A DNA stretch of 64,000 bases from an uncultured Fibrobacteraceae bacterium (GTDB lineage Bacteria > Krumholzibacteriota > Krumholzibacteriia > LZORAL124-64-63). Each line of letters starts with the position of its first letter. Positions within the stretch are counted from its first letter, which is position 1. Positions 18,642-29,400 of this stretch are shown here, one piece after another. A program made the translations under genes and the position numbers. The notes below the pieces were generated by a model, which did no database searches, was not told the origin of the DNA, and worked only from the letters and a program-made list of their open reading frames with translations. The DNA lies in NCBI GenBank assembly GCA_964524645.1, contig CAZGEC010000002.1, positions 93,076 through 157,075 on the forward strand, in the 5' to 3' direction.

Positions 18642-20179
18642 CACCCCGGTCTGGCGGCGTATCTGTGGTGCCGGACGGAGAGGATTCCCACGCAGGTGAA
18701 GCCCACCGCCTGCACCAGCAGCAGGGCTCCGGCCAGGGAGCCGATGGCGAACAGGTAGCCCAGGAAGGCGGCGAAGGCCCAGAAGCCCATGAGGAATTCC
18801 ACGAGGTAGAGCCGGCTGAGGGGCTGCCGGTAGACGACGAGCTGCCCCGGCCCGGTGGTCCCGCCCGCATCCGCGGGGGCCTCGGCCGCGGCCCCGAGCT
18901 TCGGGGTGCGCACGAACTCGCCGCCCGCCCGGTCCAGGACCGCCTCGAGCACGGCGCGGCTGTTGTTCACGGCCAGGCCGATCCCCAGGGCCACCAGGGC
19001 GGGCAGGGCCAGGAGGGAGCGGCGCCAGTCCCGGCCGGTCAGGATCTGCGAGGCGAGGTAGAGGCTGCTCGGGCCCAGCAGCGCCAGGAGCATGGTCGCC
19101 ACCAGCGGCACGGCGAAGGGCGTGGTGAAGCGGATCTGCAGGAGGGTGATCAGCGGCAGCACCAGGATCGTCATGAGCAGGATCAGCGGGTGGATCATGT
19201 AGTGGGTCAGGTGCAGCACGGCCTGCAGCTTCTGGAACCACCCGAAATCGGGGCGGTGCAGCACGGTGGGCAGCAGCTGGATGGCGGTCTGGATGCTCCC
19301 CTTGGCCCAGCGGCGTTGCTGGGACTTGAGCGCGTTGATGTCCGTGGGGATCTCGGCCGGCGTCACGACGTCCAGCAGGAAGCACGGCCGCCAGCCCCGT
19401 ATCATGCAGCGGTAGGAGAGGTCCAGATCCTCGGTCAGGGTGTCGGCCCGCCAGCCGCCGGCGTCGGCGATGGCGGCGGCCCGCCAGACCCCGGCCGTGC
19501 CGTTGAAGTTGCAGAACAGGCCGTTGCCGGCCCGCGCCGTCTGCTCGACGACGAAGTGGCCGTCGATGCCGATGCTCTGCAGGAGGGTCAGCAGGGAGAA
19601 GCCGCGGTTGCGATGTCCCCAGCGGGTCTGCACGAAGCCGCAGTGCTCGTCGGCCAGCAGGAAGGGCACGGTCTGCCGCAGGAAATCCGGCGGCGGGACG
19701 AAGTCGGCGTCGAAGACGGCCACGAACTCGCCGCGGGCCCGGCGCAGCCCCTCGGCCAGGGCTCCCGCTTTGAAGCCACGGCGGTCGGTGCGGCGGATGT
19801 GCCGGACGTCGTGACCGGCGGCTCGCAGCTTCATGGTCAGGCCGGCCACGATCTCGGTGGTCGAGTCCGTGGAGTCGTCCAGCACCTGGATCTCGTGCTT
19901 CTCGCGCGGGTAGTCGAAGGCGCAGACCGCCTGCAGCAGACGCTCGATCACGTTGCGCTCGTTGAAGATGGGCAGCTGGGTCGTCACGACGGGCAGCTCC
20001 GCGTCGGGCACCGAGGTGGTGAACCAGGCGTGCACCCTGCGCGCCTCCTGCCGGTACCGGCGCCGGCTGCGCCAGAACAGCCCGAGCATGACGTAGGCGT
20101 TCAGACCGTAGACCAGCAGGAGGACCGAGCAGAGGACGTACAGCCCCAGGGCGATCGTCAACGCGAGGTCGAGAGCCAT
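18641..20179 (-). CDS. Family 2 processive glycosyltransferase (cellulose/chitin-synthase-like)
   Basis: DXD FDADF. QQRRW (QxxRW). N- and C-terminal TM helices. Confidence 0.85.
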   Translation of the reverse strand: MALDLALTIALGLYVLCSVLLLVYGLNAYVMLGLFWRSRRRYRQEARRVHAWFTTSVPDAELPVVTTQLPIFNERNVIERLLQAVCAFDYPREKHEIQVLDDSTDSTTEIVAGLTMKLRAAGHDVRHIRRTDRRGFKAGALAEGLRRARGEFVAVFDADFVPPPDFLRQTVPFLLADEHCGFVQTRWGHRNRGFSLLTLLQSIGIDGHFVVEQTARAGNGLFCNFNGTAGVWRAAAIADAGGWRADTLTEDLDLSYRCMIRGWRPCFLLDVVTPAEIPTDINALKSQQRRWAKGSIQTAIQLLPTVLHRPDFGWFQKLQAVLHLTHYMIHPLILLMTILVLPLITLLQIRFTTPFAVPLVATMLLALLGPSSLYLASQILTGRDWRRSLLALPALVALGIGLAVNNSRAVLEAVLDRAGGEFVRTPKLGAAAEAPADAGGTTGPGQLVVYRQPLSRLYLVEFLMGFWAFAAFLGYLFAIGSLAGALLLVQAVGFTCVGILSVRHHRYAARPG

Positions 20180-20183
20180 GGAA

Positions 20184-21005
20184 TCATTCCCCCTCTGCCG
20201 GGGGGGCCTCGTTGAGGCTCCAGTCGAACGTGAAGTAGGAGACGGCGACCGGGTGCGTGCCCAGATACTGCGCCGGCTCCGGTGACATGTACTCCTCGGC
20301 GAAGCCGATCACCGCGCGGTGCGCCCGGGTCCGCGGGCTGCCCTCCGGAACCGGCGAGCCACCCCAGACGGCCACGAAGTCCTCAGGGTACCACTCGAAT
20401 ATCTTGGTGACCCAGAGCGTTTCCCCGGTCGTGTCCAGCTTCATCAGGCGTGGATCGAGAGCGTAGCTGCGCGCCGCATCCGCCAGCTGCTCCCTGAGCC
20501 CGTCGGCCGTGTAGGCGGAGGCACGCAGGGGCGGACAGCCCAGGGAAGCACAGACGAGAGCCAAGTGGACCAGCGGTTGCCGGAAATGCGCGCGGATCCA
20601 CTCGTGCTCGATCTGATTGAGGCTGACCCGATGCCCCGCCAGCTTCCAGATCGTTCTGTCCCAGGCCTGGGGAATGTCCTGGATCGAGGTCACGGGATAC
20701 TGGCGCAGGACCAGCTCGAGGGTGAAGGCGTTGTAGGCGTCGATGAGCAGGGCCAGCTGCTGCTCGGGCGTGAAGCCGCGGTACTCCGCATCGGTCAGGT
20801 CGCCCAGGCTCGCCAGGTAGGCCTCCAGGAGGAGGCGCTCGCCCTGCAGGCCCGGGTAATCCACGAGCCCGTCCCGCACGTGGCGCTCCAGCAGGCCGGT
20901 GAGGACGGCGTGGCTCTGATCGAAGGCCGCCGCGGATCCGGCGGTGGCCGCGAGCAACCAGAGGGCGCCGAGCAGCAGGCACGCCACAAGGGATCTACCG
21001 TGCAT
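20184..21005 (-). CDS. DUF547 family secreted protein
   Basis: Signal peptide MHGRSLVACLLLGALWLLAATAGSAAA. DUF547-like core. It sits 4 nt upstream of the GT2 gene. Confidence 0.7.
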   Translation of the reverse strand: MHGRSLVACLLLGALWLLAATAGSAAAFDQSHAVLTGLLERHVRDGLVDYPGLQGERLLLEAYLASLGDLTDAEYRGFTPEQQLALLIDAYNAFTLELVLRQYPVTSIQDIPQAWDRTIWKLAGHRVSLNQIEHEWIRAHFRQPLVHLALVCASLGCPPLRASAYTADGLREQLADAARSYALDPRLMKLDTTGETLWVTKIFEWYPEDFVAVWGGSPVPEGSPRTRAHRAVIGFAEEYMSPEPAQYLGTHPVAVSYFTFDWSLNEAPPAEGE

Positions 21006-21082
21006 CGGGAATCCTTTCCATGCCCGGGGACCCCACCGGGCGGCCCGGCCTCGCGGACGCGGGGCTCGCGCCGGGCTCGACC

Positions 21083-22417
21083 TCAGCCGTCGCCGTCCAG
21101 GAACGGACGGGCCAGCTCCAGGTCCTCCGGGCGGTCCACGTCGGCCAGCGGCCCCAGCATAGCGATCTTCAGGCCCAAAGGCGAGGCCCGATCCAGGGTT
21201 CGGGCGCAGACCTCGGCCGTGCCCCAGGGCACCTTCCGGAACAGCTCCGGCGCCGGGCGGCTCAGCCCGATCAGATAGTAGCCGCCGTCGAGGGCGGGGC
21301 CCAGCACGAGTTCGGACTCCGCCAGGGCCGCGAAGGCCTCGGCGAGGCGGTCCGCGTCGAGCTGCGGGCAGTCGGTGCCCACGATCACGACCGCCCGTGC
21401 CCCGGCGGCGAAGGCGCGGGCGAAGGCCGCGGCCATCCGCGCCCCCAGATCGCCGTCTCCCTGGCGCCGAAAGACCAGATCGTCCCCTAGCCAGGCGCCC
21501 ATGTCCCGCCGGTCGCCGCCGGCATGGTGGATCTCCAGGACGACCGGCCGCCGGGCCGCGAAGCTGCGGGCCCGGCTCAGGGCGTGCCGGCCCAGCCGCC
21601 GCTGCAGGGCGGCGGCACCGTCCGGGCCCAGGGCGGGGATGAGCCGGCTCATGCTGCGGCCGGGCTCCGGATAGCGGGTGAAGACGAGCAGATGGTCGCC
21701 CGGCGCCGTTCGCCGGCCGCGCAGCTCGTGCAGCCGGGCCGCCAGCACGTAGGCGAGGATCCGCCGCCCCGCCCGCACGCTGCCCAGCAGGGTGCCGCTC
21801 ACCTTGCTGCGGCCTCCCTGGCGCACCCGGCAGCTGACCGGGACCTCGGCCACTCGCAGGCGAAGCCGGGCGGCCTTGACCTGCATCTCGATGGTCCAGG
21901 CGTAGGCGGGCTCGGACATCGCCAGGCGCTCGTACGCGGTCCGGCGCACGGCGCGGAAGGGCCCCAGGTCGGTGTAGCGGGCGCCCCACAGCAGGCGGAC
22001 GAGGCTGCAGGTCAGGGCGTTACCGAGGCGCTGGACCAGCGTCAGAGCCCCCGGCTCCGCCCGGCCCAGGACCCGGGAGCCGATGACCAGGTCGGCGTCC
22101 TGCTCGTGCAGAGCTTGCAGGAGGCGCGGGATCTCGCGGGGATCGTCGCTGCCGTCCCCGTCCAGGAAGACCACGATGTCCCAGGGTGGCGCCTCCGCGA
22201 GCGCGCGCCGGCAGGCCCGGCCGTAGCCGCGCCGTGGCTCGCACACCACCCGGGCGCCAGCCGCCGCGGCGCGCGCGGCCGTTTCGTCGCGGGAGCCGTT
22301 GTCCGCGACGATCACCCAGTCCACGAGCGTACGGTCCACCGCGGCCACCACATCGCCGATGGTTGCGGCCTCGTCCAGGGCCGGGATCACCAGCCCCACG
22401 CGCGCTCCTCGATCCAT
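21083..22417 (-). CDS. GT2 glycosyltransferase fused to a DUF2064 (TIGR04282-like) domain
   Basis: N-terminal VIPALDEA...DNGSRD...DGDG (GT-A fold). C-terminal DUF2064-like sequence. Confidence 0.8.
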   Translation of the reverse strand: MDRGARVGLVIPALDEAATIGDVVAAVDRTLVDWVIVADNGSRDETAARAAAAGARVVCEPRRGYGRACRRALAEAPPWDIVVFLDGDGSDDPREIPRLLQALHEQDADLVIGSRVLGRAEPGALTLVQRLGNALTCSLVRLLWGARYTDLGPFRAVRRTAYERLAMSEPAYAWTIEMQVKAARLRLRVAEVPVSCRVRQGGRSKVSGTLLGSVRAGRRILAYVLAARLHELRGRRTAPGDHLLVFTRYPEPGRSMSRLIPALGPDGAAALQRRLGRHALSRARSFAARRPVVLEIHHAGGDRRDMGAWLGDDLVFRRQGDGDLGARMAAAFARAFAAGARAVVIVGTDCPQLDADRLAEAFAALAESELVLGPALDGGYYLIGLSRPAPELFRKVPWGTAEVCARTLDRASPLGLKIAMLGPLADVDRPEDLELARPFLDGDG

Positions 22418-22447
22418 GGTCCCCTTCCGGAGCGGCCCGGGTCTCGC

Positions 22448-23440
22448 TCAGTCGGCCAGGGCGCCGCCGCAGGAGCTGCCCGCGCCCGCGGTGCAGCCGA
22501 AGCAGTGCCGGGCCGTGCGGATGCGCCGCTGCTGGAAATGCACGGGATCGAAATCACGGACGTGCGGAACCTTCCCCGCGGGCGATTCGGCCGGGATGGC
22601 GAGCACCTGGTTGAAGTCGCAGTCGTGGATGCTCCCGTCCCAGCCGATGGAGATGGTGTTGCGGCACATCAGCCCGGCGATCGTGACGGGGTTGAAGGCG
22701 CCGAGCAGCCTCTCCAGGTAGCCCGACAGGTTGCCGCTCTCCTGGAGCCACGCCAGGAAGCGGCCGATGGGCATGTTGTTCAGGGCGATCAGGGCATCGA
22801 AGGTCACCCCGTGGTCCCTGGCCAGGGCCGCCTTCCACTCGGGCTCGAGCGCGCACTGCTTGCCGGCCAGGAAGGCGCCGGCGGGATTGCTCACCAGCGT
22901 GAGCCGGCGGCGGGGATCTCCCCGGCCGTAGCCCGCCGCGTTAAGCCGCCGCAAAGCCTCGATGGACCTTGCGTAGGCACCGTCGCCGCGCAGGGCGTCG
23001 GTGTTACGCCGGCGATGATGCGGCAGCGAGCCGACCACCTCGACCCCCCGCTCGGCCAGCCACTCCGGCAGATCGGCGAAGCGGGGCACCAGCAAGATGC
23101 TCAGGTTGCAGCGGTCGAGCACGTGTTTGCCGCGCGAGATCGCCTCGTCCACCAGGTCGCGGAAGTGCGGGTTCAGCTCCGGAGCGCCGCCGGTCAGGTC
23201 CACCGTGTGGGCCTCGGTCCGGTCGAGAGCCGTCAGGCAGTTGTCGATGGTCTCGCGGCTCATCATCTGGTCCGTGCGGTCCGGTCCGGCGTCGACGTGG
23301 CAGTGCCGGCAGGCCATGTTGCACAGCCGGCCCAGGTTCATCTGGAAGATCTCCAGGCGGGTGGCGTGCAGACCCGCCCAGCCGTGCTCCGCGAGCACGG
23401 CCTCGAAGCTGGCCGTCCCCGGCAGGGTTTCGCTCTTCAT
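22448..23440 (-). CDS. arsS: Radical SAM / Cys-rich domain protein of the ArsS (arsenosugar biosynthesis) family
   Basis: GRLCNMACRHCHV (CxxxCxxC) and the C-terminal Cys cluster CFGCTAGAGSSCGGAL. Confidence 0.8.
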   Translation of the reverse strand: MKSETLPGTASFEAVLAEHGWAGLHATRLEIFQMNLGRLCNMACRHCHVDAGPDRTDQMMSRETIDNCLTALDRTEAHTVDLTGGAPELNPHFRDLVDEAISRGKHVLDRCNLSILLVPRFADLPEWLAERGVEVVGSLPHHRRRNTDALRGDGAYARSIEALRRLNAAGYGRGDPRRRLTLVSNPAGAFLAGKQCALEPEWKAALARDHGVTFDALIALNNMPIGRFLAWLQESGNLSGYLERLLGAFNPVTIAGLMCRNTISIGWDGSIHDCDFNQVLAIPAESPAGKVPHVRDFDPVHFQQRRIRTARHCFGCTAGAGSSCGGALAD

Positions 23441-23477
23441 GGGCGCCTTCCGCTCTCGAAGGTCCGGGGACGGTGCC

Positions 23478-23810
23478 TCACATGCCGGTCTTCCGGACGT
23501 GCTCCAGCATCTGGACGCCGTGAACCAGCGAGGCCCCCCCGCGGATGGCGACGGCTACGTGCAGGGCCTCGGTCATCTGCTCCAGGTCCGCGCCGTGCTC
23601 CAGGCAGGCCTGGCTGTAGGCGTCGATGCAGTAGGGGCACTGCACGGCGTGGGCCACCGCCAGGGCGATGAGCGCCTTCTCGCGCCCGGTGAGCGCCCCC
23701 TCCGCGAAGACGCTCGCGTAGTAGGCGAAGAACTGCTCGGCCAGCTGCGGATGGCCCTCGGCGATCTCGGCGAACTTCCCCAGCTGCTCGGGATGGTAGT
23801 AACCGGCCAT
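23478..23810 (-). CDS. AhpD-like / carboxymuconolactone decarboxylase family protein (arsenosugar-associated peroxidase-like)
   Basis: AVAHAVQCPYCIDAY (CxxC in the AhpD fold). Start MAGYYHPEQ with an AAGGA RBS. Typical ArsS neighbour. Confidence 0.75.
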   Translation of the reverse strand: MAGYYHPEQLGKFAEIAEGHPQLAEQFFAYYASVFAEGALTGREKALIALAVAHAVQCPYCIDAYSQACLEHGADLEQMTEALHVAVAIRGGASLVHGVQMLEHVRKTGM

Positions 23811-23933
23811 GGCATCGTCCTTCGAGTCGGCTAGCGGACAGAGCGGAGCGGCCGGATGGCCGCGGCCGCACCGTGTCGCGGTGCGCATACGAAAGGGAGG
23901 GCCCACTGCGCTGTCAACAGCCGGCCGTTGGGC

Positions 23934-25076
23934 TCAATCCCTGCCGCGATTGACCACCTGCCCGGCCGTCCGGCTGTCGACGACCAGGTGGGTGACGTAG
24001 TGCTCCTGCTGGTGCAGGACCGTCTCCAGGATGCTGTCCTTGGGCTTCTGGCAGTCGGCGCAGGGACCCAGCAGCAGCAGGACCTGCCGGCCGCGCCGGA
24101 TGAACTCGGGCAGCTGCTCCAGCTCGACCAGGGTCATGGCGCGGATGCCCGCGGCCTCGCGGATCGGTCCGGAGGGGCCGAGCGGGCGCCAGAAGATGTC
24201 CCCGGCCCAGCCGCTGGCGACCAGCTCCCGCAGCGCGCCCGGCGACTGGTGCATGCGGCGGTAGAGCGCGCTGTGCCGCTCGCAATCGGCGCCGGTGGTG
24301 ACGAAGATGTCGATCGCGTTCACGGCGGCGTGGGCCTGGGCGATCTCCTCTTCCTGCATGAGGGCCGCCAGCTCCTCGCTCCGGACCATGCAGGGGGCGT
24401 TGAAGCCGATGAAGCGCGGCTTGATCTGCATGACCGGCTCGCGCAGGAAGTAGCTGAAGAACGCGCCGGGAATGGTGGTGGGATCGTCGTAATCGAAGCC
24501 GGAGACCAGGGCGTGGAAGACCAGCGTCTCGGGCAGGTGGGCGTGGGGCCGGCACAGCTCGTCGGCCAGGGCCTGGGCCAGCAGGCGCATGGTCAGGCCG
24601 CCGCCCAGGCCGATGTGCACCTCGCGCCGCGGCTGCGACCCGCCGCCGTAGCCCTGCAGCAGCTCGATCAGGACCGCGGCGGCGCGCCGGGCCACGTCGG
24701 CCACGACGGTGGTGTGGACCACGTCGACGCTGGCCAGCCAGGGATGACGGCCGCGCAGGGCCTGGGCGTACTCCAGGTGCGGCGGCGGCCGGAACTGCAG
24801 CCAGCCCTTGGCCGCCGCGTAGGACAGGATCCGGTAGGGCTCCTCGCGGGTCAGGCGGCCAGCCTCGCCGTAGCGCTCGCTCATCGCCGCCTGGATCTCG
24901 CGCACCCGCAAGCCATGGCAGAACAGCTCGCAGACGGCCGTTATCTTCTCCAGCCGGTCCAGCACGGGTTCCGGGCCGGGCCGGCGCGAGCGCCCGTTGG
25001 CGAGGGGCAGAGGATCCTGCTCCAGCTCGCGCCTAATCTCGGCGCCGCTGCGTGCGCGCTTGGGCATGACGGCCAC
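23934..25076 (-). CDS. Putative SorC/DeoR-like sugar-binding transcriptional regulator
   Basis: N-terminal HTH-like region and a C-terminal HIGLGGGLT sugar-binding-domain-like motif. Weak assignment. Confidence 0.45.
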   Translation of the reverse strand: MAVMPKRARSGAEIRRELEQDPLPLANGRSRRPGPEPVLDRLEKITAVCELFCHGLRVREIQAAMSERYGEAGRLTREEPYRILSYAAAKGWLQFRPPPHLEYAQALRGRHPWLASVDVVHTTVVADVARRAAAVLIELLQGYGGGSQPRREVHIGLGGGLTMRLLAQALADELCRPHAHLPETLVFHALVSGFDYDDPTTIPGAFFSYFLREPVMQIKPRFIGFNAPCMVRSEELAALMQEEEIAQAHAAVNAIDIFVTTGADCERHSALYRRMHQSPGALRELVASGWAGDIFWRPLGPSGPIREAAGIRAMTLVELEQLPEFIRRGRQVLLLLGPCADCQKPKDSILETVLHQQEHYVTHLVVDSRTAGQVVNRGRD

Positions 25077-25101
25077 CTCCGCGGGCCTGCAGGGTGCGCG
25101 G

Positions 25102-26721
25102 CTAGGGCTGCTCCGCAGGCAGCGGACTCCACTCGCCCACCGCCTCGGCGTGTACCTTGACCGGTCCGCGGCTGGTCCAGGTCTGTTCGTAGTTGTAGTT
25201 CCAGCCCAGGTACTCCGATGCGCCGCCGCCCTCGGTGGTGATCAGGACGCGGTTCGAGAGCACTCCGATGGAGTCGGCCACCTCGCCGGGCCGCTCGCGA
25301 TCGCCGCCCTGCGGATCCACGTGAACCCAGCCGTAGCCCGGCAGGTAGACCTGGCTCCAGCGGTGGAAGACGTCGTCGGTGGAGGCCTCGTCGCCGCGGA
25401 CCACCACCGAGCCCACGTAGCGCGCCGGGATCCCCGCCGCGCGGCACATGGCGATGAACAGGAAGGTGTACTCGCTGCAGGAGCCGCTGCCCCGCTCCAG
25501 CACGCGCGGGGCCACGTTCCAGCCCCCCGACAGCTCGTAGTGCAGGCGGTCGCGGATGTAGCGGTGGATCCGCCGCATCATCCAGTAGGGATTGGTCTCG
25601 TCGCCCACGGCCTCCTTCACGGCGTTGACGATGATGGGATCGGTGATGCGGTACTTGTCCTCGTCCACCAGGTAGGCCTGCCGGACGTCCTTGGGGATGT
25701 CCTTCAGCGCGCCTACCCGGTGGGGATAGACGTAGTGGCGGACGGCGGCCAGCTCCACGTCCGCCGTCATCTTGACCTGCCGGCGCTGGGCCAGCGCCAG
25801 GTCGGTGAAGGCGTAGTGGGCCACCGGCTGCTGCCAGCGGTCCTTCAGCACGTCCTTCGGCGGAGGGTCGAGGACCAGCGCGCCCAGCAGCTTCTGGTTG
25901 GGCAGATCCCGCGGCTGAGCGATGTAGACGTCCAGGGTCAGGAGCTGACCAGGACCGTAGTTGCGGAACTCGTGCGTGAGCAGCAGGTGCAGCCGGTGCT
26001 TGTCGGAGATACGGAAGGGCTGGTCGTCCTCCAGCACGAGCCGGTCGATGCGGTCGTTCTGGTAATCGGCGCACCAGAGGGTCTTCCCGTCGCTGGCCAG
26101 CCCGCGCGCGTAAGGCCCTGGCGCGTCGAGGCTCAGCACGACCTCGCCGTCGTGGGCGGGGTCCATCAGGTAGATCCGGTCCTCGCGGCGGTCGGCGCTC
26201 CACAGGTAGCCCTGCCAGAAGGTCAGGCCGGTGGGCGTGGTCATGGGCGCGGTGAAGCGCTTGATCGTGGTGCCGTCCTCGGTGGAGATCTGGCAGATCA
26301 CGTCCTCCAGCGGGTCGCTCAGCCAGAGGTAGCGGCCGTCCCAGGCCAGGCCCTCCGGTCCCGCGGTGGGGGCTTCCAGGCTGTGGACGGTGATGCCGCT
26401 GTCGACGTCCAGGGCCAGGATGCGGTTCTCCTCGCCGTCGATGCACCACAGGAGCTTGCCGTCCCAGGCCAGGCCGCGCGGCACGAAGCCGGGCGCGGGC
26501 AGGATCCGGCGCACCTCGCCGCTGGCCGGATCGATGGCGTACAGCTGGTCGGTGAGCTGATCGGCGAGCCAGAGCTGATGGCCGTCCCAGGTCAGGCCGG
26601 TGGGGGCCGTGGCAGGGGTGGACACGGAACCGAGCACGTCGCCGGGCGTGGCGCCGGCGGCCGGAGCCAGCAGCAGCGCGAGCGCCGCGGCGAACACGAG
26701 AACGAGGCTGGATCGAATCAT
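25102..26721 (-). CDS. Secreted beta-propeller protein with a C-terminal transglutaminase-like cysteine protease domain
   Basis: Signal peptide. Repeated GLAWDG.LW blades. GSCSEYTFLFIAMCRAAGIPARYVGS is the transglutaminase-like core. Confidence 0.75.
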   Translation of the reverse strand: MIRSSLVLVFAAALALLLAPAAGATPGDVLGSVSTPATAPTGLTWDGHQLWLADQLTDQLYAIDPASGEVRRILPAPGFVPRGLAWDGKLLWCIDGEENRILALDVDSGITVHSLEAPTAGPEGLAWDGRYLWLSDPLEDVICQISTEDGTTIKRFTAPMTTPTGLTFWQGYLWSADRREDRIYLMDPAHDGEVVLSLDAPGPYARGLASDGKTLWCADYQNDRIDRLVLEDDQPFRISDKHRLHLLLTHEFRNYGPGQLLTLDVYIAQPRDLPNQKLLGALVLDPPPKDVLKDRWQQPVAHYAFTDLALAQRRQVKMTADVELAAVRHYVYPHRVGALKDIPKDVRQAYLVDEDKYRITDPIIVNAVKEAVGDETNPYWMMRRIHRYIRDRLHYELSGGWNVAPRVLERGSGSCSEYTFLFIAMCRAAGIPARYVGSVVVRGDEASTDDVFHRWSQVYLPGYGWVHVDPQGGDRERPGEVADSIGVLSNRVLITTEGGGASEYLGWNYNYEQTWTSRGPVKVHAEAVGEWSPLPAEQP

Positions 26722-26857
26722 GACGGGCCTCCAGGCAGGATCGATGGGCGAGGGCAGGAACCTCAGGTCCCTAACCTAGTCCCCGGGCCCCACCCGAGAC
26801 AAGCCCGATCCAGCAACTTGACAGCCGGCGCCCAGATAAGGGGCATGCCACCCGCCT

Positions 26858-26875
26858 GCCCGTGCTACAATGACC
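26858..26875 (+). promoter_or_regulatory. Extended -10 promoter-like motif GCCCGTGCTACAATGACC
   Basis: TGnTACAAT, about 95 nt upstream of the 26967 start. A near-identical motif lies at 30946. Confidence 0.4.
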
Positions 26876-26966
26876 CCGATGCCGGCATCCTGCCCGACCA
26901 TGCCCGGCTGTCGGACATGCTTTTCGTTTCTTGCCAAGCCGCCATGCCCAGAACGAGGAGGTTGTG

Positions 26967-27596
26967 ATGAAGAAATGGATCACGCTGCTCGCCGCTACAA
27001 CCTTGCTGACCGCTGGACCGGCGCTGGCCCAGTGCAACAATGGGCCGGACGAGATCTGCGTCGTGTGGGACTATCTGGGCGCGGACTGCCAGAACTGCAC
27101 GCAGTTCTACGGCGGTATCCTCAGCGCCTACGTCGTCCTGCAGAATGCCAGCACGCCGGCAGGGATCCTGGGCTTCGAGTTCATGCTCCGCAACCAGGGC
27201 GGAGCCACGTTCATGCCCCCGCCCACGGACATCATCCTCGCGTACATCCTGCCCTACCCGGGGATCAACGTCCTGACGCCGCCCGAGTTCATCGTGGGAC
27301 TACCCTACCCGGTGCCCTGGAGCCCCGCCATCCCGCTGGTCGAGATCCAGATGCTGGTCCTCGACTTCACCTGCTGGTGCTTCGGTGTTGCGCCCGTGCC
27401 CACTCCCTCCATACCAGGGCACATGGCTTTCGCGGACGGGGGCGATCCCGGGAACATCCTCCCTATGTATCCTTGCACGGGTCCGAACTGGGACTCCACC
27501 TTCATGACCTGCCTCAACTGCGAGTTCTGTCCGCCCGGCCCGCCGATCGTCACCGACAACATGACCTTCGGCGGCGTGAAGGCCATCTATCGCTGA
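26967..27596 (+). CDS. Secreted Cys-rich protein of the C-terminal GVKxxYR-tail family, with the shared N-terminal module
   Basis: RBS GAGGAGG. Signal peptide MKKWITLLAATTLLTAGPALAQ. N-terminal module ...ICVVWDY...AYVVLQNASTPAGILGFE. Ends MTFGGVKAIYR-COOH. Confidence 0.75.
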   Translation: MKKWITLLAATTLLTAGPALAQCNNGPDEICVVWDYLGADCQNCTQFYGGILSAYVVLQNASTPAGILGFEFMLRNQGGATFMPPPTDIILAYILPYPGINVLTPPEFIVGLPYPVPWSPAIPLVEIQMLVLDFTCWCFGVAPVPTPSIPGHMAFADGGDPGNILPMYPCTGPNWDSTFMTCLNCEFCPPGPPIVTDNMTFGGVKAIYR

Positions 27597-27614
27597 CGGG
27601 GCCGGTACAAAGCA

Positions 27615-27642
27615 GGACGGCCACCTTCCTTGGTGGCCGTCC
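27615..27642. terminator. Hairpin between convergent genes (GGACGGCCACC-ttcctt-GGTGGCCGTCC)
   Basis: Perfect 11-bp stem. A weak T-tract (GTCTGT) follows. Confidence 0.4.
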
Positions 27643-27680
27643 GTCTGTACTGCCGACAGGCCCGCCGGTTGGCCTACGCC

Positions 27681-29366
<1,686 letters not shown>

Positions 29367-29400
29367 GCGATGGCTCCCCGGCCAGGACGCTCGCTTGCGG

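Noticed and set aside
16293-20215. ORFs 16293..17810(+), 16552..18870(-) at 772 aa, and 18497..20215(+)
   Set aside because: Frame or strand shadows of the PDZ, DUF2029 and GT2 genes. They have extreme Arg/Gly/Pro bias and no start or RBS context.
21524-26967. ORFs 21524..23671(+) at 715 aa, 23856..25160(+) and 24997..26967(+) at 656 aa
   Set aside because: Antisense to the GT2-DUF2064, ArsS, AhpD-like, regulator and transglutaminase genes. Low-complexity translation.
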